A DNA stretch of 63,884 nucleotides, the filler included, from Lenisia limosa (taxonomy: Eukaryota > Protista > Breviatea), in the NCBI GenBank assembly GCA_001655205.1. It is 6 parts of 6 records of this genome, joined end to end, with 100 filler letters (N's around TTAATTAATTAA, not from the genome) between each part and the next. Parts side by side here need not be neighbours in the genome. Positions count along the whole stretch, not along the records: positions 32,054 to 53,493 come from LPNZ01005915.1; 5 more parts are not named here. One strand, given 5' to 3'. The notes below the pieces were generated by a model. That model had not been told where the DNA came from and did not search any database. It was given only the letters and a program-made list of their open reading frames with translations. Made by a program: the position numbers and the translations under genes. Positions 38,023 through 51,000 of the stretch are shown here, piece after piece. Position 1 is the stretch's first letter; each line of letters begins with the position of its first letter.

Positions 38023-41000
38023 CTAGAAAGCGCTGGAAATTTTAGTGGATTGACCGAGCCGTTCAACTATTTCAATTTTCAGCCTACAAAAATTGGCTGG
38101 AAAAATAACTACTAACACTACTAACAACAAAGAGTGAAACAGAGTGAAAGTGGGGAACTGGTGGGGAATAACTGGGAATAAATGGGAAATCGGTACATGC
38201 CGCCTTGGGTACATGGATGGGTTGATGGGGTTTATTGGTTGGGTTCATGCCATGGAAATGTAATAGTTTACAAAGAATACATTTTGAAACAGAAAATCAA
38301 AACTGACACATGAACAAATCACAACTGAGCCAATCATACTCCTTAAAGAAAGGTTCCTTGACCCTCATAAATAAACATACCACCCATCACCCCGAAGAAG
38401 CCCTCACCCCCATTTCCTCTCGTCTTTGCTCTCGTTTCGCCTCTATCCGTTTCCAGTTGAGACGGCGCAGTTCGAAGAACGGTTTCGGCTGCTCCTCGAT
38501 CTCTTCCAATGCCATCTGCGCCAAAACGTTCATCCCATCATGGTTCTCTAGCCGGACCTACCAAGGTGATTAAACCAATAGGTGCCGAAGACAGGCAGAA
38601 TCTCTTATTGCAAGCTCACATTTGTTGGAAACACTCTGCGTGCCAAAAAGTCGAATCTAGTTATACGCTTTCTCATGGGGTACTTCGGCATATTCTAATC
38701 TGTCAGAAATATATCCCAAAAAAGAAGATGCACCAGAAACTGTTATAACTCAAAAGAGGAACCAAAACCCAGGCCTCACAGCAGTCTGACTCCTTGTTTT
38801 TCCTTGAGTTGCCGCCATTGCTCGTACTGAAATATTAGATCATGAAAATAAACTCAAATAATAAATAGATGAATGAACCATCAATATGTCACTTTGATCC
38901 AAAGACAGGTAAATCATTAATTTCGAATCCTGTTGCCAAAAAGAAACAGCCCGTCCCACATTCAGATGGGTCTCTCGGACAATCGTCGATGTCATCGTCA
39001 AAATCTTCTTCCTTCGGAGGTGGCGGCCTTTTGTGACTCTTTTCCGTCTTGGTGATGGCAATCTGGATCAATCAACGGACTAAAAGCAGTATGGCTTTCT
39101 GGTAGGTTCTGCCGGGTTGTTATACAATGATACACGTACAAGATAACACTACGCTACAAAGCGTATGGTTGTCAAAGTTGATAATTATGGCACTTTTTTT
39201 AAAAAAAGCTTACTCTGTTTTTGTTTAAACAAAATTGTGGAACATGTTGCCCTGTGAAGGCAACATGTTATTTAAAAAACGAATCTGTTAACTGAACCCC
39301 AACTTTTTTTTTTTTTTTTTTTTTTTTTNNNNNNNNNNNNNNNNNNNNNNNNNNNNNNNNNNNNNNNNNNNNNNNNNNNNNNNNNNNGATAGCTATATCA
39401 TATCATATATTATATAATATATATATATATATGATACTATATCGATATATATTACACAATATCATACAATTACATATCATCATATTAGTACATATCAATA
39501 TAAGTATTACAAATATCTGATCCATTTATTTACAGTAGTGCCAACCATCTCCTGGGGCTGGACTTCCGGTTCAGAGTAGTTCTCCTCTCCACTATCGTCA
39601 TCACTATTGGCTGATGCGTAAGCCGAAGCTCTCTGAAGGGGTAAGTCGGCACTGCGGACAGAAATAAAAGCACCAATTCTCTTAAACAGAAAAATCAACT
39701 CGTGAGTGGATAATACTAATTATTTTGTATGTGAAAGCTAAAGATTCTCAAACCAGTGTGTACTGCCCTCCGCTTCTCTTGATACTAAAATGGTAAGGTT
39801 GAAAGCTACAAATGAACAATTGACTATGGCTATGCGTTTTGTAAAGGCTTTATATATATACTATAAATATATCACACCGTCCATATATCTGTGAATTTTC
39901 CTCTATCTGTGAATTTTTTTGAAATNNNNNNNNNNNNNNNNNNNNNNNNNNNNNNNNAATGCGCTCTTATAAGGCGACCATAACCACAACTATTTCCAAA
40001 AAGCCCACTCTTTGTTTTTGGCTGCGGCAGCGGCAATGGCACCGTTAAAAGAGGCTCGTGTGTTAGGACCCCTTGATTATTATTACCAAAAGAATTACAC
40101 TGAGAGCGAATGGAAATCCAAGAAGCAAAAATTTGAATATCGACAGCTTACAGTCCAAGATCTTTACCCACAAACCCAACCCGCTAAAGGTTTCACTTCG
40201 CTCCCAAAAATGATAGAATTTCCAAAGTTAAGAGCAATGACTCCCCCCGCAAACACGTTGGCTATGAGTTCATCCTCCAAAGCTTTGTCCCACATTTCGC
40301 CAGCTGAAAGCGGCTCTCCGGCCCGGCGGAGCACCTGGGAGGGGGGTCAAAAGCCATAGAGCATCCGATGTTTTATTGTGTATCCATAATGCAACCTCCC
40401 ATTGCCAAACCACCAAAGCGACATGACAACGAACTACACAAACCTTAACCCCGATGGCCAAGTACGTCATGGGCTGTCTTGAGAACTCGGCTCGTTTGCG
40501 TGCCTTTAGTGTTAAGAGCTTCCGAATATAACATTTAACAGTACTGCACAAACACAAATGATCTAATTCATCGATACCGCGGCCAACCGGTGCGGGTTCT
40601 TCGACTTTCTTGACAACAGGGCTGGTGACTTCTCCCGTGTCCTCTCGTATTGTTCGCGGAAATCGTGTGGGATACTCCTCCGGGGAGATGAATACTGAGT
40701 GTTCATGACCCTGGGTTGTTATTAATCAGAATGGAGGACAAGAATACATATGTAAAAAAATCACAGAGTCTTTCAAAATATACCCAAACAGACATAAGTC
40801 CGACTCTCAAGCTGTCTTTCCATAGCCCCCCACACAGGCAGGCAAAACACGCCAGGACTCTTGCCCCCCCCCCCACAGGCAGGCAAAACACGCCAGGAAG
40901 AGTTCGGACAAAGCGCGGTTTCGGTTTTGTGGACTCCCGACTTAAGTTGTTGTAGAAACCACCAGTTCTNNNNNNNNNNNNNNNNNNNNNNNNNNNNNNN

Positions 41001-41916
41001 NNNNNNNNNNNNNNNNNNNNNNNNNNNNNNNNNNNNNNNNNNNNNNNNNNTGTTCACTGTTCAACTTTCGAAAATATATGAGGGTTTAAACTATCCATCC
41101 GGGTGAATCAACTGTGAAAAAACAAGCGAAGCCCCCCTCCCTCCCTCCAAAAAAACCACAAGCAGATTTGACAACAGATCCAATATTATAGAGGGGGGGG
41201 GGGGGTAAAGATGAAAACNNNNNNNNNNTTTGGGAGAAAGATCCGAACATATAAAAACCAAGATTTTCTCAGACAAACGATCAAAACAACAGAGACTGAG
41301 CAAGATGAAAGAAAATTGGGGCAACGGGACGGTAAAAGCATCTTTTCTTCTGTGAAGCACACTAGGCAACAGCAAAGACGTAAAAGCCAACTTACCCAGA
41401 CGAAGTGAGCCGGGAGGTGATGGAGATGTCCCTGATAGTGGTCCAATGCAACTGGCAGTTGGCGGCCTTGAGCACCACCTCCACCGAAGGAAACCAGCTG
41501 AGGTTCGTGATGCCTGCGGGCACCTGAGAGGTCAGTCCAGGACACCAATGCAAGTTGGATTCGAAGGCTTTGGCTTGGAATCTCTCATTCCACAAAGGGG
41601 TCAGCGAATAAGGGGAAGAATGGCAAAGCAAGTGGTAAGTGCAACTATCCAAAAACAAACAGAAAAATCAAAGAGTACCGTCATAAAGCACTCAACAACC
41701 CGATTCCAAGCCCTAAGCAGCTTGATTTACTGATGAAATGGGAGGTAAGAGGTTAACACTCACTTCAGCAGAAGCAACAGGGTCCAGTCGGAGGATACCA
41801 TCTCCGCATTGTTCAAATTCTCCTCTGTTAATTAGCGCTGAGTAGCCACTCAGTTTGACAATATCTGTAATTTGTGCATAGTTTGGTCCACTTCCATCTT
41901 GGACACAGCTGTCCAT
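38023..41916 (-). CDS. Hypothetical protein with a HARE-HTH-like winged-helix domain
   Basis: Spliced segment MTYLAIGVK-VLRRAGEPLSAGEMWDKALEDELIAN...GPNTRASFNGAIAAAAAKNK-DIKRSGGQYTL fits the HARE-HTH (HB1/ASXL/restriction endonuclease) pattern. It is followed by acidic and coiled-coil exons. Gene ends are approximate. Confidence 0.55.
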
Positions 41917-42252
41917 TTTCTCTTAATCTCTTAATATATCGTTTTATCTGGGCGTCGGTCTCGTCTGCGTCTCCTCTATTTGAGTAGACTAAAAGGGCAG
42001 AAAAAAAAAGAAGATGCTTCGGATGGATTCGGCTCGGTTTGGTATATAAGCACCAAAATGTTGAAAAATCGTTCTTTTAATATTTTGATTGGGTGTCTGT
42101 GTTGTGTTGTTTTAGTGCTTCATTTTTTGTGCACTTTGACTGTTTTGGTTGCACCTGTACTTGCCGTACGGATTTGCTGCCATCTTTATTCCTTCTTTTG
42201 AAGCTTGTTTCCTGGTATTTGTGTATTTTCTTCTCTTCTATTGCAAGGCTTA

Positions 42253-45200
42253 ATGGAACACAAGCAGTCCAATCTTTATCCAACTCTTGAAGAACCCTCT
42301 GAAACTGGGAGTTCAGAGGCTCCCAGCACTACAAATGGCGAACCCTCACCAGTTGTTCATTCCAATGGACAAGGTGAGCGGTATTTTGTTTCTATTTGTA
42401 AAGATTGGTATTGGGGAATATTCTCGAAGTGCACACGCCACACTACCCAACAAGCTTTCCAAAGCTATTCTCCCCTGATTTTAAGGTATTATCCACACAA
42501 AATTGTATATTTGGTTAAAAAGGAAGGATTCCCTCCTTTCCTCTTCTCTTTCACTCATCTATCAGATGCTGATGTTGCTGTTGCGCGTCCCCGCCCTCAG
42601 CTGAGCGCCTCTTCACCCGGTGGCCAAGGCTTCCGTCCTTCCAGTTCTGATGATGATGAAAGTTGGGGAGGGGTGATGTGGAAAGCCTCCGCCATGGAGT
42701 TTTTGAGAGTCAATGTGGACCGTCGGCATTATTCTTGTTCTCTTCTTGTGGTCTATTCAGCATTCATGGGAAGTTGATTGATAGTATCTCTGTAGTATCA
42801 AGGTTGCATAAATATGTTATTCTTATCTCTGCTTTTTTCTCTTTGGGTTAATTCTTGACATTACCTTGTTTGTCCAGTGTTACATCTCTGTTAACCGTAA
42901 GGCTGTATTAAATACTTTTGTCACAATTCAGTCAATGCTGAGATTGCCTCTCCTGCTCCAAGATGCCCATCACCTCCTCCCAACTATCCCGGTAGGCTGT
43001 GGGTTGTGTGTGGTCTTCATCAAGAATATTCCCGTGCATTGGAACTGCCTGTTACACTTCTAATTTTTCAGATGGAATGTCTGCAAGTGAAATCGCCTCC
43101 ATCCCAAGAAACTGTGAGCAGGGGATAGTCTACTGGATTTGTTTTTGTCATGTTGCGAAGGGAATGCAATAGCGTAGTACTATTGCTACCAATGTGTAAT
43201 TGTAACACATGAAAGGGCTTTGAACCCCAGCTGACATGCCCACAGCGAGTACCGACTCCATGTCCTCCCTGTGCTCCACTGATCAACTGATCCCCAACAG
43301 GGCAACTGTTGTCACCAAGACTTCGGAAGGTTGGAAGCAATTGCGTCTACTGCAAATGATTGATAAACGTGTGAATATTCATAAACGCCCACCCTGTAAT
43401 TAGCAGCCTTGTATTTCTCATTTGACTATTCAGAGGAGCCTGCCAAGGCTGGTGATGTTGACCTGGTCTTCCCAAATGGTGAAGGGTGATCACTTGAAGT
43501 CTGTTTTTTGTTTTATGATATTTTTTAAATGTTTCAGTTAATATTACATCTTTTTTGTTTTACCACCTAGTTGATAAGCCTGTTGAGATTGAAAATGCCG
43601 ATAAGATCAAGAACCCTGGAACTAGCCTCCTGGCCTCTTCTTTCAACTCCGCCAACTTCATTGTGAGTTCTCAGAAAGATTTGCAGCAAAAATATCACTC
43701 TAATTTTTCATTTTCGTCTTGTTACCATCTAGATCGGTGTTGCCATTTTGACGTACCCGAATCTCTTTGAGCGGTAAGCAGCCAAAACTTAAGAGAGCTT
43801 TTCTGAACCCTTTCTCACTTTTTGGTTCTGTTACATTTGACCTTCATCAATATAGGCAAGGTATCGTCCTTCAGCTGCTGATCTCAGGCTTCGCGTGTCT
43901 CATTCTCACCTACACCGCGTCAGTTCTGATGCAGTGTAATGAATTGGCTGGAGGTATGTGGCGTACCAACGGTTCTTGTTCAGGTTCTCCTTTTGTGGTA
44001 CTGATTAATGTTTTCCGAAATGAGCATTTTCATCCCACAAGCTAGTTTTTAGTACCATTATGTCACTTCCATAGGAGTTCCTACTTACTCTGCCATCATG
44101 GAGAAGGTTTTCGGTAACTCAGGACGCCGAATCTTTGACTGTTCTCAGGTAGGCTCAAAAGAATCTGGTTTCTTATATTGCAATATCTCGGATTTGAATC
44201 ACTATATGTTGCTTTATCTCCACCCCCTCCTAGGGCTTCTCGTTGTTTGTCCTCTGTGTGGCTCTGACTCTCCTTCTCGGCGACTTCGGAAATGCAATTG
44301 CCCGTTCAGTGTTCGACATCGACTCACCCACCCTCGTCAAGTTCGTCCTCTGTAGGTGTTTCACGGTACTTTTGTGGTTCTCATTTGGAGCGTAAAAAAC
44401 GAAAAAATATTTCGTTGTCCTTGGGGTACTGACAACATTTTCATCATCCAGGCCAGTGCATTGTGTACCCCCTAGCCCTCCTGCCCAACACCAATGCTCT
44501 CCGGTTCACATCCATTCTCTCCATTTCCCTCGTCTTCTTTGTGGTCATTTGTGTCATCCAGGACTCCATCAGATACATGTTCGATTCCGGTGGGTCACAG
44601 GATATGTTCAAGAAAAGTCGCTATTTGAGCGAAGCCGCACACACGTTACCGCTTGCCTGCCTGTGACATTTCAGGTCCGGACGACCCTGAGCCGGTTTAC
44701 CTGTTCAAGCCCTCCATGAGCATCTTCCAGTCTCTGCCCATCGCCATTTTCTCCTTCCAGGGTTTGTAGGGTGACGTCACCTTTGTTATCCTTGGTCAAA
44801 AGCAATTCCTGACACACCAAGGCCATATTATTCTCTTCCCCATCTACCATGAGCTGCGCAACCGTCGCCTTGCCAAAATGAAGACCGCAGTACAGAGATC
44901 CTTTGGCAGCGTGTTCTCAATGGTAAGTCATTATTCGTTATTTGGGATCCAGGTTATTCTTCTTTACCGTTTATCAATTTCGCTCTCTTCACCCCTGGAT
45001 GAATTCAAAATGTTGAATTAATATTTGACTCCCTTTCCAGTATGTTCTCCTTGGTATCTTCGGCTACCTTCGTCTTCGGCGTAATATTCCGGTGGGTTGT
45101 AGCCACAAATCTGTGTTTTCAACTCCATCACACTTGTTCGTCCTACCTATACTTGTGGATTGTACATTGACCGATTGTTTTGAATCTTCATTATTTTCCC

Positions 45201-46118
45201 TCTTGCCAGGGTAACGCTCTTAACGCCTACACTGATGATGATGAGGACAGATGGATGTCCATGAGATGTACGCAATGTTCTTTAATTTTTGAGAGCGCAA
45301 ACTTTGACCAAAATATCATTTGAGGAAATTGATAATTATTTTCGAATGAATTAATTGCATCCTGGATATTTGGACAGTTTCACTTTTGAATTTCTTTCTC
45401 ACTCTTTAGGGATTATGTTCTGTGCCGCCTTCGCCATGATGATCACCGTGGCTCTTTCCTTCCCCCTCTACATTTTTGCTTGCAAGCAGATTTGGCTTGG
45501 CATCGTGTATGGTAACGACGTGAGCGCAGGAGATCAGCACCATAAATCCGATTTCTCATCTCTTAATTTCCTTTTCTCATACATACCACAGCATGTTGCC
45601 AGTCGCTTCAAGAGCAACGTCTTTGCCTCCCTTATTTTTTACGGATCCTTCCTTTGTGGAATGTTCTTCTCAGGTATGACATATCCACTTTTTCAAGTTT
45701 ATTGTTCTTTTCCATCCCGTTATTTTTCAGACATTCTGACTGTGATCGGCATTTTGGGCTCCGTCACGGCTCCTCTCGTCGTTTTTATTATGCCTGCCTG
45801 CATGGCCCTTAAGGTGGGTTTTGAAGTTGTTTCTGGAGTGAACTTGTTATGTTTGTCAAATGCTGTCAGCGATAATGCAATTTCACACTGCAGCTCCGTG
45901 TCAACAAGGAAACCGTACCCTGGTACAAGGACTCTTTCGCTATCAAGTGAGCCGGTTGTGTTACCTTGATGTCTGCCATTTTGAGACTCATTCCTCTTTT
46001 CCATTGTCTTGTTCTTTGAACAACCCATTTCTAACCCCCAAGGTGTATCCTGATCCTCATATTGGCTGCTTACCTTGTCATCTCTGGCTTGGCCTATAGT
46101 ATTCTCAGTTTCTTCTAA
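42253..46118 (+). CDS. Amino-acid transporter, SLC38/AVT (Aa_trans) family, paralogue B
   Basis: MEHKQSNLYPTLEEP...; NPGTSLLASSFNSANFIV; GIVLQLLISGFACLILTYTASVLMQ; VYPLALLPNTNALRFTSILSIS; FQGHIILFPIYHELRNRR; ILTVIGILGSVTAPLVVFIMPAC; ...AYSILSFF* (TAA 46116-46118). Confidence 0.9.
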
Positions 46119-46499
46119 TTCTTTTTTCATGGTTCTGATTTATTTGATTTCATTTAAAGTCCCCAGTAATACAGGTTACTCGGGAACAATTTAAACGCGT
46201 AACCAACGTAAAGCCATGCTGGAAAGGTTTTTCCTCCCCAATTCCCCAGCGCAAACGTAACCATTCACCATACTTGCATCATTCACCACTCATTCGAAAA
46301 GTCTCGCGAAAAGAAATAAAATCGGCAGATGATATAGAGTATCCGTTTAAAAGATACTATCTTATCACGGGGGCTTACATACATATGATATCAGATGAAG
46401 TAATATAAAATATACTATAAATATATGATATATAATACTATATCATATATAATATGATATATTTCATATATCATGTCATATTACGCCAAGATAATTGTA

Positions 46500-47917
46500 C
46501 TTTGAAACAACATGAAATTTAATAATCTTACATCACTAATCATCAGCAATCTGATCCCTCCACTTCTTCGATACTTGAGAAAAACATGATTCTTCAGCTG
46601 AACCGTTAGCCAAGGGGCTACACATCAAAATAGAATAGTTGATTGTCCTTTGACTTAATTACTTGATAGTGAGAGATCCAATTCGGTCAAAGACTGGAAT
46701 TCTCGGTTAATCTTCTCTACTTATGATATCATATTTTACCTTGGCAAAAGTCTTAGGCTGCTGATGTTGGAATTATCAGTCCAAAATGTTTGATATCGAA
46801 GATGAGAAGACATTTGTTTATGGTCAGAATAATGCACACCACCCACTCCAAGGCTCATCCTTCTCTTCAGTTTTCTCAGAGAGGTTTGCGGTCAATAATG
46901 ACAGGTCAACCTCCTCATTCTAAACAGTCAGGTGTGTTCTGATAGAACATTTTTGCTCCCTGAAAAGGTTCTCCCGGAGTTAAAAAAAGGTAAATAATTC
47001 TCTTTGGGAAGTAAAAAGCATAACTAGAAAAATCTATTTAAATAGCCCTTGAAAAATAAAATGAAACTTGTCTTCATTTTTAGTCTTACTAAGTCATCTG
47101 CACTGATCCAGTCCATTGCCGTTCGGTGCTGCGGCGCCTCAGAAACTGAAAAGTGAAATCATCCTCTCATTTGCCAATCATTTGCCTCAAATTCCCCAGC
47201 TGTAGCATTTTGATACTTGTTGACCTGGTTTGCGTAAATAGCACTATACATAAAATGAGAAGTGATGAGTCCAGGAGCATTTCAGGCTTGGTAAGCATTG
47301 TTAACAAAACAGCCATAGTACATCACTTGTGGCAAAGTAGCTGCTCCATCTTCACCTTCCATCATTTGATCATTCTCGTCATCAATTGAAGGGATGGCAG
47401 GTATTGACTCAATCTACAGAATAAAAAGAGCTGGACTCTATATAGTCTCTCTCTCCCAAATAAAACAAAAAATTAATATCAAGAAAGAGTGGCCAACAAT
47501 CGTCGCCAACCATGATGTCGTCATCATCGTCAGAGTGCCGAGTGCGATACTCTGCATCCAACACCGACATGCTGCAGGTATTACATATCTGAAAAATATG
47601 CCACAATTGAGTCATTTTGAGGACTGTTTGGATGCAAAAAAAAAGCGGGTCCATGAATTTAAAAAGTACCAAGGTTCACCCATTCCATAACAAACATGGC
47701 CTTCGTGAGCGCTTTTGAACTGATTAACGACTCAGCAGCAGTGCGATCTCGTACACTTGAAACAGAGGCGCTAAGACCAAAGACCTTGACGGGTGTCGGA
47801 GGGAGGATTTCTGCACTAGTAGGCTTCTTGTACTACTTGACTGGGCTAAGGGCTTGAAGAGGGTTGGAAGAGGGCTAGAGCGAGGAAAGGAGCAAAAGAA
47901 AGGATCTGAAGGATCAT
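46500..47917 (-). CDS. Hypothetical multi-exon protein, divergent from MCMBP
   Basis: Open GT-AG exons YKKPTSAEILPPTPVKVFG, IESIPAIPSIDDENDQMM, SEAPQHRTAMDWISADDL, INREFQSLTELDLSL, PWLTVQLKNHVFLKYRR. Start and stop are uncertain. Confidence 0.45.
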
Positions 47918-48018
47918 CTTGGTCTCCCCCTTTTGGTCTCTTGCCTCTTCTTCCTCCCCCTCTTGACCCAGAACCACCCACAACAATAAAGCAAGCGGAA
48001 AATTGGAGAAGAGTGGCG

Positions 48019-51000
48019 ATGTCAAGCTTTACCGAGAAGTTCTCATGGGAAACGCGCTCAACGGAATTAACTGATGTTTGTGCGGTTTATTCATCCTTGA
48101 CTATCAATAAAGATGAATGTGAACTATATTACATATTTTATATAAATCCTTGTCAGTAGCGTTTTGATTTCTTAGGAAGAGGCACTGAAAGTCGCGAAGG
48201 GGCTTATTGACTCTTCAAACGTAGGCTTAAATCAAGGTGTCTCTTTTATCGCGGGTAGTTGTGCTCTATCAAGACTTGATTTTGAGTAAATATATAATGT
48301 ATTAAAAATAAAACAAGATATGATGGTTGGACGTCATATCAACATCCGCATAGCTCACCCTTCACCAGGTGACCTGTCTGAACACTTCATCGCACCTTTC
48401 CATCCCTGCCGGGTCCCTTGTCTCGGTTGGTGGTTGTTCAAAGGCTTTTTGAAATTGTTCCATCTTATGTGATCGATCACTATTCTTCTAAGACTGCAGA
48501 TCAGATGCATGGTTCAAGACCAAAGGGAGCCGGAGATCTTTCCATCAAAAATCAAGAAACTTGATGATAAAGTGAGTCCCCGTATTGATTGAAAAACTGA
48601 CCCATAAATGATGTGTAGAGCTGCCCTTTTGTCCCAGTGACTGAATTTGTCGATACTTCTTCGATGAATATTGATATTTTACCAGGATTATCTGGATCCA
48701 AGTGAATCACTAGCAAAATGTTAAAACTGTAGTCCATCCAACAAGGCTATTTTTTGGACTCGTACGAGGAATATGAGGCAGTAGGAAACTCATTCCGGTC
48801 ACGTAACATCATCTACGCAGTGCCCGTGCCAGGAATGACCCCTTGGGCTGTGGTTTGCGGATCTCTTGATATCCATGATCAAAGTTGGAATGTTACTTAA
48901 TTGAATACAGTTATTTACCTGCCTTGGTGACACCACAGGATTCACTGGTTGGGTCCGCGGCCGCATCTTTGCCGGAAACTGTTGCAAAGAGCATCAAAAG
49001 AACAAGGGATGGTGGGGGGGGGGGGGAATACTNNNNNNNNNNNNNNNNNNNNNNNNNNNNNNNNNNNNNNNNNNNNNNNNNNNNNNNNNNNNNNNGTGAC
49101 ACATTTTAGATGACCTTCCTCCCTCGAAAAAAGCTAACACTGAGAATCAGATAGAAGGTAGACACGAAGGGGAATAGTAAAGTCAAACCTCAAAGAGTGT
49201 ATCAGAAGTGACCTCATTTTGAATCATAAATTCAAGGCAATTTTCATCTCTTTATTTCTTTATCATCCTCTTGACTCCTTCAGAGAAATCCACTGTTTCA
49301 AATATAACCTCAACTTGTGACGAAGGTTTGAATCTATATTTTGACTAAATGTTGCGATTTATACTATTTCACGCAATCATTTGCCGGTCTATTCCGCGCA
49401 CATAGCTTTCTACGTGCCTCCCCAGTATACTTACAAGGATTATATCATGACTAAAGATAGCATTTTATCTAGTGTAATATACTTTATGCCGTTGTGTAAT
49501 ATCAATTTCAAGCACACAGTCATCTTACTTATCAGATATGATTGACATATACGCGGGATCATCGCTCAACATTCCGCTTCCCTGGGAGTGCTCGAATCCG
49601 ACTATCCTGAAGCTCTACACCGCAATGCCGAAGTTAGGTACTGTCATAGATGCTGTCGGCGTGATAATGGCCGAACCTATCAACCAGCAGTGGGGGAGGG
49701 GGTGTCACTAATTGCCTTTCGAGGCTTTTTGGCTGATTGTGATTTTGATTTAATTGTTTGTTAACATTCAAATATTTTTGTGCTGAACTCTGATTTTGGT
49801 GGAAAAAAAAAAACATTTTTCTTATTTGACCGCTCAAGGCCAAACTCTATCGAAGAGCCCTCAGCCGAATTCCTTGCGCAAAACCCATGCTATTCCGAGG
49901 TATGTTCGAATGTGTATACAAACATGTACATTAAAGTGATTACATGTACTATGTGGATATATTATACTATAATACTGATATTTACATGTATATTTTGTTT
50001 TTCTCAATATTGGCTCGTTTTCACCTTCTTAGGTTCCACGAATCCACGTTATCGATTTCAAGTGAGCCTTTCTCTGAAGCTATCATATGAACACATGTAG
50101 TGTAAAGATTTGATTGAGTCTTTTTTTGCATTTATTTGTCTGTTAATTCCTCTATTTTTACTTCTCAGAGAGCTGTCTGACCCTTCCCCTTTAACATGCC
50201 CTCTTATCCACTCTACTGCAGAAGGTTTGATGGTAACTAAGAGGAGTTGGCGATACAAACATTTCCAATGGGGCATGAGCAATATTGATTATAATGTGGC
50301 TTTTGCGACCAAAATGAAGCACTACTCCAACAACGATTTAGCCCCCACTCTTGAGTCAACTTCATCCGCTGAGGTGATTCAGTACTTCGCAGATCTTCTT
50401 GGTGGCGACTCTTTAGCAGCCGAATATCTCCTTTATTGCATCCTTTCCCAAGTGTTCGTGGTGCAGTTGGATCAAACATTCTTTCAACCATTTACCATCA
50501 TCTTCTGACGACACAGACGGCTTTCAGGCCAGCAGACCGTGGGACGATTAGTACTCAACCTGAATGGTCTCAACCCGCAGTCGTCTCTCAAGTGGGGAGA
50601 GGGGGGATATAAACTGTACAAAAAATCCAAATAAATGAAGTATGTTCTCAAATCAGGTAGATCACTGAGTTTCTATTTGTTTTACTTGTTAGGCTGTTGC
50701 AAGGGCTGCGTAGAGTCCTACCAATTGTTGCTGAGGTTCCCCTGACAATTTCTTTCCTCAACCACGTGGGAAGCTTTGAATTCTAAATCATTCTTCTTTA
50801 AGGGTGATATTGTTTGGTAATGCTGTCCTAATTGTTACTGTAGGGTCGGGTCTTCCCCGAGAGAAATGTTGACCGGATGGTGATGGACGCTGGTGTACTG
50901 CAGGTATGGGGGGGAGGTCCTAGATAGCCGTTTAATTACCCTCATGTCACTCACTGCCAGCTTGCGGCCAACTCACTCGTTGCCATCAATGAGTCAATTT

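Noticed and set aside
47990-48100. Open minus-strand frame NSVERVSHENFSVKLDIATLL
   Set aside because: It is antisense to MCMBP exon 1, which is supported by downstream MCMBP motifs.
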